This document shows, in pieces, positions 16,850 to 26,882 of a stretch of DNA of 64,000 bases (within the stretch, counting starts at the first letter, position 1; each line of letters starts with the position of its first letter). A model generated the notes under the pieces. That model ran no database searches and had not been told where the DNA came from. It saw nothing but the letters and a program-made list of their open reading frames with translations. Source of the stretch: an uncultured Actinomycetes bacterium (GTDB lineage Bacteria > Actinomycetota > Thermoleophilia > UBA2241); the NCBI GenBank assembly GCA_963709345.1, contig CAVPVX010000011.1, positions 422,314-486,313 on the forward strand. The letters run 5' to 3'. Made by a program: the position numbers and the translations under genes.

Positions 16850-18106
16850 ATGGAGACTTACTCGTTCGCCCGGTCGCAGGAGCTCTTCGAGCGTGCGACC
16901 CGCGTCATCCCCTGCGGCATCTACGGCCACTTCAGCCCGGCGCCGCTGGTGCCGCCGACCAGCTATCCGTTCTACGCCCGGAGCGGCACCGGCGCCCACT
17001 TCACCGACGTGGACGGCAACGACTTCATCGACTACATGTGCGCCTACGGGCCGATGGTCCTCGGTTACGACAACAAGGTCGTGCACGACGCCGCCGCCGC
17101 GCAGCGCAAGCTCGGCGACACGCTCGCCTGCCCGTCGCCCGTGATGGTGGAGCTGGCCGAGAAGCTCGTGGACCTCATCCCGTTCGCCGCCTGGGCCTTC
17201 TTCGCCAAGAACGGCGGCGACATGACGAACTACGCGACGATGATCGCGCGCGCGGCCACCGGCCGCCCGCTCATCGTTGCCATCGACGGCGGCTATCACG
17301 GCGTCTCGCCGTGGATGCAGGGCGGAGGCCACCACGGCGTCACCGCCGGCGACGTCGCCGGCACGGTGCGCATCCCGTGGAATGACACCGCCGCCTTCGA
17401 GCGCGTGCTGGCGGAGAGGCCGGGAAAGGTCGCCGGCTTCATCGCCACGCCGTACCACCACCCGACCTTCGCCGACAGCGCGCTGCCGGCCGAGGGCTAC
17501 TGGCAGCGCGTCCGCGAGCTCTGCGACCGCGAGGGCGTCGTGCTCATCATCGACGACGTGCGCTGCGGCTTCCGCCTCAGCCTGCACGGCTCCGCCGAGT
17601 ACTTCGGCTTCACGCCGGACCTCGCCTGCTACTGCAAGGCGCTCGCCAACGGGTACCCGATCTCGGCGCTGGTCGGGACGGACGCGCTCAAGGGCGACGC
17701 GGCCAGGGTCTTCTACACCGGCAGCTACTGGTACCAGGCGGCGCCCATGGCGGCGGCGCTTGCCTGCCTCGACGAGCTCGTCCGCCTCGACGCGTCGCGC
17801 GTGATGCAGGAGTACGGCCGCCAGCTCACCGACGGGCTCAAGCGGCTGGCCGACAAGCGCGGCTACGAGCTCAAGGTCACGGGCGTGCCGAGCATGCCGT
17901 ATCTGCGCCTCACCGACGACCCCAGCCTGATGCTCCACCAGCGCTTCTGCGCCGAGGCCACCCACCGCGGTGCCTACTTCACCTCGCACCACAACTGGTT
18001 CATGAGCTGCGCCCACACGCAGGACGACCTCGATCGCACGCTGGCGATCGCCGACGACGCGTTCACGGCGCTCGAGAAGAGCCCCGAGGGGCAAGGGGGT
18101 AGCTGA
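16850..18106 (+). CDS. Class III PLP aminotransferase (GSA-aminomutase-like)
   Basis: DVDGNDFIDYMCAYGPMVLGY, IIDDVRCGFR, PDLACYCKALANGYP. Confidence 0.9.
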   Translation: METYSFARSQELFERATRVIPCGIYGHFSPAPLVPPTSYPFYARSGTGAHFTDVDGNDFIDYMCAYGPMVLGYDNKVVHDAAAAQRKLGDTLACPSPVMVELAEKLVDLIPFAAWAFFAKNGGDMTNYATMIARAATGRPLIVAIDGGYHGVSPWMQGGGHHGVTAGDVAGTVRIPWNDTAAFERVLAERPGKVAGFIATPYHHPTFADSALPAEGYWQRVRELCDREGVVLIIDDVRCGFRLSLHGSAEYFGFTPDLACYCKALANGYPISALVGTDALKGDAARVFYTGSYWYQAAPMAAALACLDELVRLDASRVMQEYGRQLTDGLKRLADKRGYELKVTGVPSMPYLRLTDDPSLMLHQRFCAEATHRGAYFTSHHNWFMSCAHTQDDLDRTLAIADDAFTALEKSPEGQGGS

Positions 18107-18984
18107 TGCCACTGTCAGCCGGCGAGATCACGAAGCTCGAGGCCAAGGCGAAGCAGCTGCGCTGCGACATGGTCGACGTGACCGTCTGGGCGGGCGGCGC
18201 CCACATCGGCGGCTCGCTGAGCATGGCCGACGCGCTCACCGCCCTCTACTACCACTACCTGAACATCAGGCCGGACGAGCCGGACTGGCCCGAGCGCGAC
18301 CGCTTCGTGCTCAGCAAAGGCCACGGCGGCGTCGGCCTCTCCGCCGTTCTCGCCGACAAGGGCTACTTCGACAGGGAGCTCCTGCACGAGTTCAACCACT
18401 TCAAGAGCCCCTTTGGCATGCACCTCGACGGCAACAAGGTACCCGGCGTGGACGCCAGCACCGGGTCGCTCGGCCACGGCCTCTCGATGTCGGTCGGCCT
18501 GGCGCTCGGCGCCAGATTCCAGAAGCAGGTCTGGCGCACCTACTGTCTCCTCGGCGACGGGGAGTGCAACGAGGGCTCCGTCTGGGAGGCGGCGATGGCC
18601 GCCCACCACTACAAGGTCGACACGCTCACGGCCTTCGTCGACCGTAACCAGATGATGATCGACGGCCGCACCGAGGACATCATGAGCCTCGAGCCGCTGG
18701 CCGAGAAGTGGCAGGCGTTCGGCTGGGAGGTCCGTGAGATCGACGGCCACGACTTCGCGCAGATCGGCGACGCCGTGGAGGGCGCCCAGGCGACGAAGGG
18801 CGCCCCCACCGTGATCATCCTCGACACGGTCAAGGGCAGGGGCGTCGACTTCATGGAGGGCGACGTCAAGTGGCACTACGGCAGCATCGACTCCGAACTC
18901 GCCGCGAGGGCGAAGGCGTCGATCATGAGCGGGACGGCCGGCGCCGCAAGAGCCGGCGCGCCGGCCGCGGGAGGTGCGACATGA
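18106..18984 (+). CDS. Transketolase-like, N-terminal (ThDP-binding) subunit
   Basis: HIGGSLS, RDRFVLSKGH, STGSLGHG, GDGECNEG...N ThDP motif. Confidence 0.93.
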   Translation: MPLSAGEITKLEAKAKQLRCDMVDVTVWAGGAHIGGSLSMADALTALYYHYLNIRPDEPDWPERDRFVLSKGHGGVGLSAVLADKGYFDRELLHEFNHFKSPFGMHLDGNKVPGVDASTGSLGHGLSMSVGLALGARFQKQVWRTYCLLGDGECNEGSVWEAAMAAHHYKVDTLTAFVDRNQMMIDGRTEDIMSLEPLAEKWQAFGWEVREIDGHDFAQIGDAVEGAQATKGAPTVIILDTVKGRGVDFMEGDVKWHYGSIDSELAARAKASIMSGTAGAARAGAPAAGGAT

Positions 18985-19997
18985 CCGAGGTCACCGGCAC
19001 CACCTGGAACGTCTACGACGCCAACACGCTCACGCAGGCCGAGATCTACGGTCGCGTGCTCTGCGACCTGGCCGAGGCCGACCCGCGCATCGTGGCGCTG
19101 ACCGCCGATCTCGCCAGAAGCACCAAGATCGGCGTGTTCCAGGACAAGTTCCCGCACCGGGTGTTCAACGTCGGCATCGCCGAGCAGAACCTCTTCGGCA
19201 TCGCCGCGGGCATGGCCAAGAGCGGCCTGCTGCCCTTCGTCAGCACCATGAGCGCGTTCGCCAGCATGCGCGCGCTCGAGCAGGTGCGCACCGATATCTG
19301 CTATCAGAATCTCGACGTCAAGATCATCGCCACGCACGGCGGCGTCAGCTTCGGCCAGGCCGGCACGACGCACCACTGCACCGAGGACATCGCCATCCAG
19401 CGCTCGCTGGCCAACATGTGCGTGATCGTGCCGGCCGACGGCTGGGAGACCGCCAACGCCGTGCGCGCCGCGGTCAAGCGCCCCGGCCCCGTCTACATCC
19501 GTCTGGGCCGAGGCTTCGAGCCCACCCACTTCGAGAGCGACGACTACGGCTTCGAGATCGGCAAGGCGGTGACCATCAACGAGGGCACCGACATCACCGT
19601 CATCGCCTGCGGCGTCGCCGTGTACCACGCCGCGGAGGCCGCCAAGCTGCTCAAGGACCAGGACGGCATCGGCGTTCGCGTCCTCGACGTGCATACCATC
19701 AAGCCCATCGACGAGGAGGCGATCCTCAAGGCGGTCACCGACACGCGCCGCATCCTCGTGGTCGAGGAGCACAACGTCATCGGCGGCCTCGGCAGCGCCG
19801 TCGCCGACGTGATCGCCGCCAGCGGCAAGGGCTGCGCCTTCGCCAAGGCCGGCCTGCCGGACTGCTACAGCGAGGTCGGCTACCCCGAAGATCTCTACAG
19901 CCACTACTGCATCGACGGCGACGGCATCGTCGGCACGGTGCGGGAACTGCTCAAGCGAGAGTTCGAGGCAGACGAAGACTGGGAGGACGAGTTCTGA
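18981..19997 (+). CDS. Transketolase-like, C-terminal subunit
   Basis: NVGIAEQN, GTTHH, GPVYIRL, TIKPID, VEEHNVIGGLGS. Confidence 0.93.
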   Translation: MTEVTGTTWNVYDANTLTQAEIYGRVLCDLAEADPRIVALTADLARSTKIGVFQDKFPHRVFNVGIAEQNLFGIAAGMAKSGLLPFVSTMSAFASMRALEQVRTDICYQNLDVKIIATHGGVSFGQAGTTHHCTEDIAIQRSLANMCVIVPADGWETANAVRAAVKRPGPVYIRLGRGFEPTHFESDDYGFEIGKAVTINEGTDITVIACGVAVYHAAEAAKLLKDQDGIGVRVLDVHTIKPIDEEAILKAVTDTRRILVVEEHNVIGGLGSAVADVIAASGKGCAFAKAGLPDCYSEVGYPEDLYSHYCIDGDGIVGTVRELLKREFEADEDWEDEF

Positions 19998-20923
19998 TGG
20001 GCGCCGGACCTGCAGCGGCGGCCGGCGCCCCGGACCCGGCGGAGGCCGTCAAGCAGCCCGCGGCCGGCGCCCCGCAGGCGCCGCCGGCCAGGCCCGCCGT
20101 CGCGCCCCCGCGCAACACGCTGCCACAGGCGCGCACCCGCGAGGTCCTCCGGACGCGCCTGTTCCTGCGCGCCGCGCTGCCGTGCGTCAAGGTGATGCTC
20201 GAAGACGACCCAGCGACGAAGAAGCGCTTCAAGAGCGTGAACGCCGTCGTGCAGTTCGTCGCCAAGAACCAGCCGCGCGCCGTCGGCGCCTTCCTTTGGT
20301 TCGAGGACGGCGACGTCCGCGTCGAGCAGGGCTTCTGGGACGCGGACGGCCTCGGCCGCGAACCCGACATCACGTTCACCTTCGCCTCGCTGGCCAAGCT
20401 CAACGACTTCTTCGCCGGCAAGACGGCGCTGCCGGGCATCCGCGGGCTCACCCACCCCGGGCTGGTGGCGAAGGTCGTGCGCTTGCTCCTCGGCCTCAAG
20501 CTGATGCTGCCGGGCGCGCAGCCCAAGGATCCGGTCAAACGGGCTCTGAAGCTCAAGCTCACCCTCTATATGATCACGACCGCCCTCAGCCAGTACAACA
20601 AGGGCGGCGACCCCGAGATGGAGCGCTGGACCGCCAAACAGCCCGACCGCATCTACCAGTTCTCGGTGGAGCCCGAGGGCATCGCCGCCTACTTGCGCGT
20701 ACGCGGCGGGCAGACCAAAGCCGGGCGGGGCGTCTACGAGCGCCGCCGCCCCTTCGTCCACATGCGCTTCAACGGTGTCGACGGCGCCCTGGCGGTGATG
20801 AACAAGGAGGTCGACTTCGTGGACGGCGTCGGCAAGGGCTTCGTGCGCATCGACGGCTCGCCCGAGTATGCCGCCAACCTGAACGACTTCATGATGCGCG
20901 TGCAGGGCCTGCTCACCGGGTGA
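19997..20923 (+). CDS. Hypothetical protein with SCP2-like domains
   Basis: Coupled by TGATG overlap; VVQFV...FEDGDVRVEQG...PDITFTF and DFVDGVGKGFVRIDGS patterns resemble SCP2. Confidence 0.6.
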   Translation: MGAGPAAAAGAPDPAEAVKQPAAGAPQAPPARPAVAPPRNTLPQARTREVLRTRLFLRAALPCVKVMLEDDPATKKRFKSVNAVVQFVAKNQPRAVGAFLWFEDGDVRVEQGFWDADGLGREPDITFTFASLAKLNDFFAGKTALPGIRGLTHPGLVAKVVRLLLGLKLMLPGAQPKDPVKRALKLKLTLYMITTALSQYNKGGDPEMERWTAKQPDRIYQFSVEPEGIAAYLRVRGGQTKAGRGVYERRRPFVHMRFNGVDGALAVMNKEVDFVDGVGKGFVRIDGSPEYAANLNDFMMRVQGLLTG

Positions 20924-22093
20924 TGGGCGTCGCCGGCGATCCGTCACGGCAGTCCGCCTGGACCCGGCTCCTGCCGGCCGACCCGCTCCCGTGGCTGCTG
21001 GCGGCCGAGGAGCCGGCTGCCCGCTGGGTCACGCTCGTAGAGCTGCTCGACCGGCCGGCCCGCGACCGTGAGGTGGTAGCTGCGCACGCCGCCGTGCTGG
21101 CCGGCCCGCAGAGCGCCGACCTGCTGGGCCGCGTCGGGGACTGGGAAGCGGCGCAGCGGATCAGCGGGCACGACTCGCCGGCGTTCGCACCCAATCTCGC
21201 GCACCTGCTGCTCGATACCGGCGTCGCTCCGGCCGACGATCCGCGCCTCGATCGCCTTGCCGATCAGATGCTCGCCCACGCCGACGACGACGGCCGCTTC
21301 GCCGCGCACGTGCCGCTTCGCGGCAAGGGCGAGTCGGCCTGGTCGGCGCTCCAGTGCGACACGTTCGCCATCGCCGGGGTCCTTGCCCGGCTGGGCCGCG
21401 GCGACGATCCCCGGTTCGGACGGGCCCTGGACCGCATCGAGGCGGACGTGGAAGAGACGACCCAGGGGCTCGCGTGGCGCTGCCGCCCGGACCCGGTGAG
21501 CCGATTCAGGGGCCCGGGTCGCAAGGCCGACTACTGCCCGATGCTCGTGGTGGAGGCACTCCGCCTGTACTCGTGGCTCCCCTTCGAGCGGCGGCCGCCG
21601 TGGCTTCTCGAGAGTGCGCGCGTACTGCTGCGCGGCTGGCGTGAGCGCGGTGCGGAGAAGCCGTACATCTTCGGTCACGGCCGGCAGTTCAAGACAGTCA
21701 AGTGGCCACCGACCTGGTATGGGGCCTGCCTCGTGCTCGACGCCGTGGGCCGGTACTCGGAGTTGTGGCGTGGGGAAGGACCACGGCGACGGCGACGGCG
21801 GCGCGGAGGCGGTGGCCGCCGACAGGCGGGCCGTCGCCGAGATCGCCGCCTGCCTCATCGCCTACAACGTCGCTGCCGACGGGCGCGTCACACCACTCTC
21901 CGCGCGGCGGGGGTTCGAGCTGCACTCATTCGGCCAGAAGAAGGCGCCGTCGCCGTGGGCGACGGCGCGCCTCTGCGTTGTGCTGCGCCGGGTCGAGGAT
22001 CTCGCGGACGACATCGCCGCCGTCGACGTCCTGGCGCTGGGGAGCTCCAAGGGCGGCAGCGGCACGCCGCTGCCGCCGAGAGTCCGGCGCTGA
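20923..22093 (+). CDS. Hypothetical alpha-helical protein (prenyltransferase/cyclase-repeat-like), frameshift near 21780
   Basis: DPLPWLL...PAARW, FKTVKWPPTWY, FGQKKAPSPWAT; split across two frames. Confidence 0.55.
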
Positions 22094-22154
22094 CCGGCGC
22101 CGCGAGCCATCGTCGCTCGCCACTCGGCCGCGCTTGACTCCGTCAGGTCTACAT

Positions 22155-22174
22155 TGTTCACTACACAGTGAACA
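22155..22174. promoter_or_regulatory. Operator palindrome upstream of GbsR/MarR gene
   Basis: TGTTCACT-ACAC-AGTGAACA, plus another AGTGAAC half-site. Confidence 0.65.
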
Positions 22175-22241
22175 GAGTGAACGTGGAGAACGCCGCCGCG
22201 ACGCGCGCTTCGCGTGCCGGCGGCGGGACGAGGCGGTGCAC

Positions 22242-22718
22242 ATGGCGGGCAAGCGCGGTCGCAGAGCGAGCCACGAGGAGTTGTTGCGCTTCGTCGACGA
22301 CGTCGCCCTTCTTTACGAGCGCGGCGGGCACTCCCGCATGGCGGGGCGCATCCTGGGCTGGCTGCTCGTGTGCGACCCGCCACACCAGACGGCCGGTCAG
22401 CTCGCCGAGGCGCTGCAGGCGAGCAAGGCGTCGATAAGCACCAACATCCGGCTGTTCGTGGACATCGGCCTCGTCGAGCGCACCACCTTCCCGCCCGACC
22501 GCAGGGACTACTACCTCATTGCCGCCGACGTGTGGCCGCATGCCATGGAGCGCACGCTACCCATGCTCGGCGACTTCCGCGATCTGGCGGGGCGCGGCGT
22601 CGGACTGGTGGGCGGCGGGGCAGCGGCAGCCCGGCTGCGCGACGCCCGGGGCTTCTACGACTACTACCAGCGCGAGACGCGCGCCTTGCTGGCGCGCTGG
22701 CGCGACGGGGACAGGTGA
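22242..22718 (+). CDS. GbsR/MarR-family transcriptional regulator
   Basis: RMAGRILGWLLVCDPPHQTAGQLAEALQASKASISTNIR. Confidence 0.88.
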   Translation: MAGKRGRRASHEELLRFVDDVALLYERGGHSRMAGRILGWLLVCDPPHQTAGQLAEALQASKASISTNIRLFVDIGLVERTTFPPDRRDYYLIAADVWPHAMERTLPMLGDFRDLAGRGVGLVGGGAAAARLRDARGFYDYYQRETRALLARWRDGDR

Positions 22719-22725
22719 TGCGGGC

Positions 22726-23637
22726 ATGACGAGTGAGACGGTGGTCATCGGGACGGAGGGTCTCTCGAAGCGGTACGCGGGCGACCGCGGCATCCTCGAC
22801 CTGGACCTCGAGGTCGAGAGGGGAGAGGTGTTCGGCTTTCTCGGTCCCAACGGAGCCGGCAAGACGACCACGATCCGGCTGCTGCTCGACCTGATCAGGC
22901 CGACGGCGGGCTCCGCCCGGGTCCTCGGCCTGGACAGCCGCCACGACTCCGTGGCCATACGCCGGCGCTGCGGCTACCTGCCCGGGGAGCTCAGCCTCTA
23001 CGGCCGGCTCACCGGGGAAGAGACGTTGCGCTACTTCGCCGGCCTGCGCGGCGGCGTCGACTGGGCGGTCGTGCGCGACCTCGCCGAGCGCCTCGACTGC
23101 GACCTCACGCGCCGCAACGCCGACCTCTCCTCGGGCAACAAGCGCAAGCTCGGGCTGCTCCAGGCGTTCATGCACCGGCCCGAGCTCCTGATCCTCGACG
23201 AGCCCACATCGGGCCTCGATCCCCTGGTGCAACGCGAGTTCCACGCCATGGTGCGCGAGGCGCAGGCGGCGGGGCAGAGCATCTTTCTCTCGTCGCACGT
23301 GCTGCCCGAGGTGCAGCGCATCTGCGACCGCGTCGCCTTCATCCGCGAGGCTCGCCTCGTGGCGGTGGAGAACGTCGGCGACCTCGTCGGCCGCGCCGTG
23401 CGCGAGGTCGAGGTCGTGTTCGCCGGCCCCGTTGCGCCGGAGGGCTTCTCGGCGCTCCCCGGCGTGACGCTCGCTGAGGAGAACGGGGCCGGCCTGCGCC
23501 TCAAGGTCGCCGGCCCCATGAACGCCCTCGTGAAGGCCCTCGCGGCGCACGAGGTCCTGAGCCTCACCAGCCGGGAGCCGGACCTCGAGGACGTCTTCAT
23601 GACGTTCTACGGCGAAGGGAGCGGCGATGCTGCGTAG
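22726..23637 (+). CDS. ABC exporter ATP-binding protein
   Basis: GPNGAGKTT, LSSG signature, LLILDEP, SSH. Confidence 0.95.
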   Translation: MTSETVVIGTEGLSKRYAGDRGILDLDLEVERGEVFGFLGPNGAGKTTTIRLLLDLIRPTAGSARVLGLDSRHDSVAIRRRCGYLPGELSLYGRLTGEETLRYFAGLRGGVDWAVVRDLAERLDCDLTRRNADLSSGNKRKLGLLQAFMHRPELLILDEPTSGLDPLVQREFHAMVREAQAAGQSIFLSSHVLPEVQRICDRVAFIREARLVAVENVGDLVGRAVREVEVVFAGPVAPEGFSALPGVTLAEENGAGLRLKVAGPMNALVKALAAHEVLSLTSREPDLEDVFMTFYGEGSGDAA

Positions 23638-24430
23638 CGTCTTTCTCAAGGGTCTGCGCGACCTGCGCCGCTCGTTCATCTTCTGGGCCTTGGGCACCGC
23701 GATCCTGCCGATCTGGCTCGGCCTCATGTATCCGAGCATCGAGAAGAGCGCCGGGGTCATGCAGGACTACCTGGAGAACATGCCCGAGGCCTTCACCAAC
23801 ATGTTCGTCGGCGAGGGCGGCGACTTCACCTCGCCCATGGGGTTCATCGACGCTGAGCTCTTCTCGTTCATGGGTCCCATCGTCCTCATCGTCTTCGGTA
23901 TCGCCCTGGCCGTGCGGCAGATCGCCGGCGAGGAGGAGGGCGGCACGCTCGGGCTGCTGCTTTCGTACCCGGTCTCGCGCGGGCTCCTGCTCCTTGAGAA
24001 GCTCGCGGTCACGGTCGTCGGCGTGGCCGGCATCAGCGTCGTGACGTTCGTTGCGCTGGTGCTGGGCGTGCGGATGGGCGGCGCCGACCTCGGGGTCGGC
24101 ACCATGGCCGCGGCGACGACGTCGCTCTTCCTTCTCACGCTGGCGGTGGCGGCGATCGCCTTCGCCGTCGGCGCCGCCACCGGCAGTCGCGGCGCGGCGA
24201 TGGGCGTTGCGACGATCGCCGCCGCCGGGTCGTATCTGCTCAACGCCCTCGCGCCGCTGGTCGAGTCGCTCGAGCCCCTGCAGAAGGTCTCCCTCTTCTA
24301 CTACTACGGCGGTGTGCAGCCGCTGCGCGAGGGGTTGCGAGCCGGCAACGTGGCGGTGCTGCTGGGGGTGACGCTCGTCGCCGTCGCCGCGTCGTACGTG
24401 CTCTTCGCACGCCGCGACGTGCGCGGCTGA
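23627..24430 (+). CDS. ABC-2 type permease
   Basis: About 6 TM helices; IAGEEEGGTL motif; RRDV C-terminus. Confidence 0.9.
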   Translation: MLRSVFLKGLRDLRRSFIFWALGTAILPIWLGLMYPSIEKSAGVMQDYLENMPEAFTNMFVGEGGDFTSPMGFIDAELFSFMGPIVLIVFGIALAVRQIAGEEEGGTLGLLLSYPVSRGLLLLEKLAVTVVGVAGISVVTFVALVLGVRMGGADLGVGTMAAATTSLFLLTLAVAAIAFAVGAATGSRGAAMGVATIAAAGSYLLNALAPLVESLEPLQKVSLFYYYGGVQPLREGLRAGNVAVLLGVTLVAVAASYVLFARRDVRG

Positions 24431-24469
24431 CGCCGACGCACGGCGTCGAGTCGGCGTGTACGGGGCGCG

Positions 24470-25129
24470 TCAGCCGCGCCCGGTGCGCGCGAGGCCCCAC
24501 ACGGCCAGGCTGAGGGCGACGATGAAGAGGATCACCGACAGGGTCAGGACGATGTTCGCGATCTGGTCGGTGGCCCCGAGCCAGCCGAGGTCACCGAGGA
24601 TGGCGTGCCAGTCGTGACCGGCGCCGGAACCGTCGTCGCCGAACAGGGGCAGCACCATGACTTCGGCGTCGCCGATGTAGACCGAGACGTTGTGCAGGGA
24701 TTCCGCCGCCCACGCGACCATCAGGATCACGGCGAACTCGTCACGGCGCCACCAGAAGTAGCCGGCGAGGCCGAGCGGAGCAGCGACTTGCAGGAACGAG
24801 CCGGCGAGCGAGCACAGGAGCGGCGGCGCCCAGAAGGTCAGCAGGTGGCCGAACTCGTGCACGCCGAGGTCGAAGGCCGAGAGTATGGGGATCCAGCCGC
24901 CCAGGGAGTAGGTCAGCCAGGCGAGCAGGACGGTCACGACGGCGGCGACGACCCACTGGACGGTCGTGTGCCACGGCGTCGCCCCGGGCCTCGCCGGCGG
25001 GCGGCGTGCGAGCAGGCGGCGCGCGCGGGAGGCGCGGACGCGCGCGTCCGCGCCGGTCCGCGCGCCCGCGCCGCCGCAGTGTTCGAGGGGCGGCGGCGCT
25101 TCGGCCGCCGCGCCCGGTCGCTCGGTCAT
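24470..25129 (-). CDS. Membrane protein with HExxH (M50-like peptidase)
   Basis: VHEFGH, AGSFLQ, YIGDA, GHDW in a hydrophobic protein. Confidence 0.65.
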   Translation of the reverse strand: MTERPGAAAEAPPPLEHCGGAGARTGADARVRASRARRLLARRPPARPGATPWHTTVQWVVAAVVTVLLAWLTYSLGGWIPILSAFDLGVHEFGHLLTFWAPPLLCSLAGSFLQVAAPLGLAGYFWWRRDEFAVILMVAWAAESLHNVSVYIGDAEVMVLPLFGDDGSGAGHDWHAILGDLGWLGATDQIANIVLTLSVILFIVALSLAVWGLARTGRG

Positions 25130-25488
25130 CTGGTCTCCTCTCACCACCGGGCATCGGCAGACCGCCGCCGAGTGTTGAGCGCCGGGCGGTGATCCGTCCG
25201 TCGTCCGCCGGCGGCTACCGGTCGGCAGCCGGCCATCGGACTGCCGTCGGCCATCGGGAGCCCCGTCCGCCGGCCGCCGTGGCCTGCCGCCGGCCGCCGC
25301 TGTCTGCTCCGGCTACGGCGATGTCTGCCGGGAGCCGCTCCGCCGCGTCCGGCTCAGGCTCGCCGGCGCACGATGGCCTGCGACGACGGGCCTTCGTGCC
25401 CATGCGGCACGGGAACCCCGGCTCCGACCTCTCTGAGTGAGAGAGTCCGGCGCCTCGCGGCCATGGGGCAGGGAATCTGGAGGATCTG

Positions 25489-26043
25489 ATGGACGTGCTC
25501 ATCGCGCATCATGGAGAAGCGCCCCGCAAGGGACTTGTGACGGCCCTGAGCGGGCAGGAATACGAACTCCTCGAGGTCACCGGCGGCGATGAAGCCCTCG
25601 GCCTGCTTCTCGCCGGTGATGCGCCGCGCGTCGCACTCGTCGATTGGGATCTCCCCGGCATCGACGGACCGGAGCTGTGCCGGCTGGTCCGCGACTTCCA
25701 CCTCGACGCCCCGCCGTACGTCATCCTGCTTGCCGGCGGGCCTCACCACGACGAGGTCGCGCTCGGCCTCGAGTCCGGGGCGAACGACTGCGTGCGCACG
25801 CCGGTCACCGCGGGCGAATTGCGGGCGCGCATCGAGATGGGCCGGCGGCTCGTCGAGTTGCCGTGGGGCCGACGTGACAACGCCGGCGTGTCCGGGGACA
25901 CGCGGCCGGGCGGTGCGCCGGAGCAGGACCTCGGCGTGGCGCTCACGGCCTTCATGGACGCCGACGGCGTGGGCGGCGAAGACCCCGGAGGCGAGCCCGC
26001 CCGTCTCGAGGCGCTGATCGGCGACCGCTGGCAGATGGCCTGA
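25489..26043 (+). CDS. Response-regulator receiver-domain protein (atypical)
   Basis: ALVDWDLPGIDGPELCR; lacks the usual acidic pair and conserved Lys (GANDCVRTP). Confidence 0.75.
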   Translation: MDVLIAHHGEAPRKGLVTALSGQEYELLEVTGGDEALGLLLAGDAPRVALVDWDLPGIDGPELCRLVRDFHLDAPPYVILLAGGPHHDEVALGLESGANDCVRTPVTAGELRARIEMGRRLVELPWGRRDNAGVSGDTRPGGAPEQDLGVALTAFMDADGVGGEDPGGEPARLEALIGDRWQMA

Positions 26044-26246
26044 CCCGCTGAGCGGGGCCGGGCGCGCGCGGGTGGCCGCCCAGCCGGATGAACCGGTGTC
26101 GGAGACGCTCGCGGTGGCTTGGCTTGAGTCACGGCCTGCGGCCGTCCGGTCACCCGGTCTCGCCTCCCGAATCACCCTGTTCGAGTGATGTGTCTCCCGC
26201 CTCAGGCTCCTAGGCTTCTCGAGGAGTCGTCAAAGGAGGAGGCGCC

Positions 26247-26786
26247 ATGACCATCCCGATCCCACATCAACACGGTCCACACGTGCATGTCCCCTGGACG
26301 CCCGTCGCGTCGATCCTTGTCGTTGCCGCAGTGATCGCCGTGGTCCTGGTGGTGTTGGCCGAGCACCCTTGGGACTCCGCGTTGCCCGGCTCGCGCACTG
26401 CGACCACCGGCGAGGCCGCCACCTCGACGGCAGAGAGGACCGCCGGGCAGGCTGTGGCCGTCCCCCGACCCGAGTCGCAGGTGATGCTGCGGCATCTGGC
26501 TGAGCTGGGAGCGCTGGCGACGGCGACCAGCCGGGCCGTCGCCGTACCGAAGCCTGAGTCACCGTGGATGCTGCATCATCTGGTGGCGCCGCGCACGGCT
26601 CCAGTCCCCGCTTCTGCCGGCGCGTCTGCGAACTCGGCGTCCGGCGTAGTGATTCATCAACTCGTGCGCGGCACCGACCTTGGTCCGCCCGGCTACGGCG
26701 ACGTTCAGCCGCCCGCACCCCGATACCTGCCGGGCACAGCCGCGAATCCGCATCCGCTCAACGTGGTCGCGGGTGCGCCTCGCTGA
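26247..26786 (+). CDS. Hypothetical membrane-anchored protein
   Basis: AGGAGGAGG RBS; one TM helix; internal repeat AVAVP(R/K)PES. Confidence 0.6.
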   Translation: MTIPIPHQHGPHVHVPWTPVASILVVAAVIAVVLVVLAEHPWDSALPGSRTATTGEAATSTAERTAGQAVAVPRPESQVMLRHLAELGALATATSRAVAVPKPESPWMLHHLVAPRTAPVPASAGASANSASGVVIHQLVRGTDLGPPGYGDVQPPAPRYLPGTAANPHPLNVVAGAPR

Positions 26787-26882
26787 GGCTGGCTTGTGAC
26801 GCCGGACGGGTTGTGCGGGCGAGTTGCAGCGGCGGAGGGACCGCCGCTGCAACGGTAGCAGGCGGCCCGCGATGGTCCTAAG

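Noticed and set aside
16850-18106. Calling the aminotransferase hemL
   Set aside because: Divergent motifs (KNGGD, DDVR, GGYHG) and transketolase operon context; no hem genes nearby.
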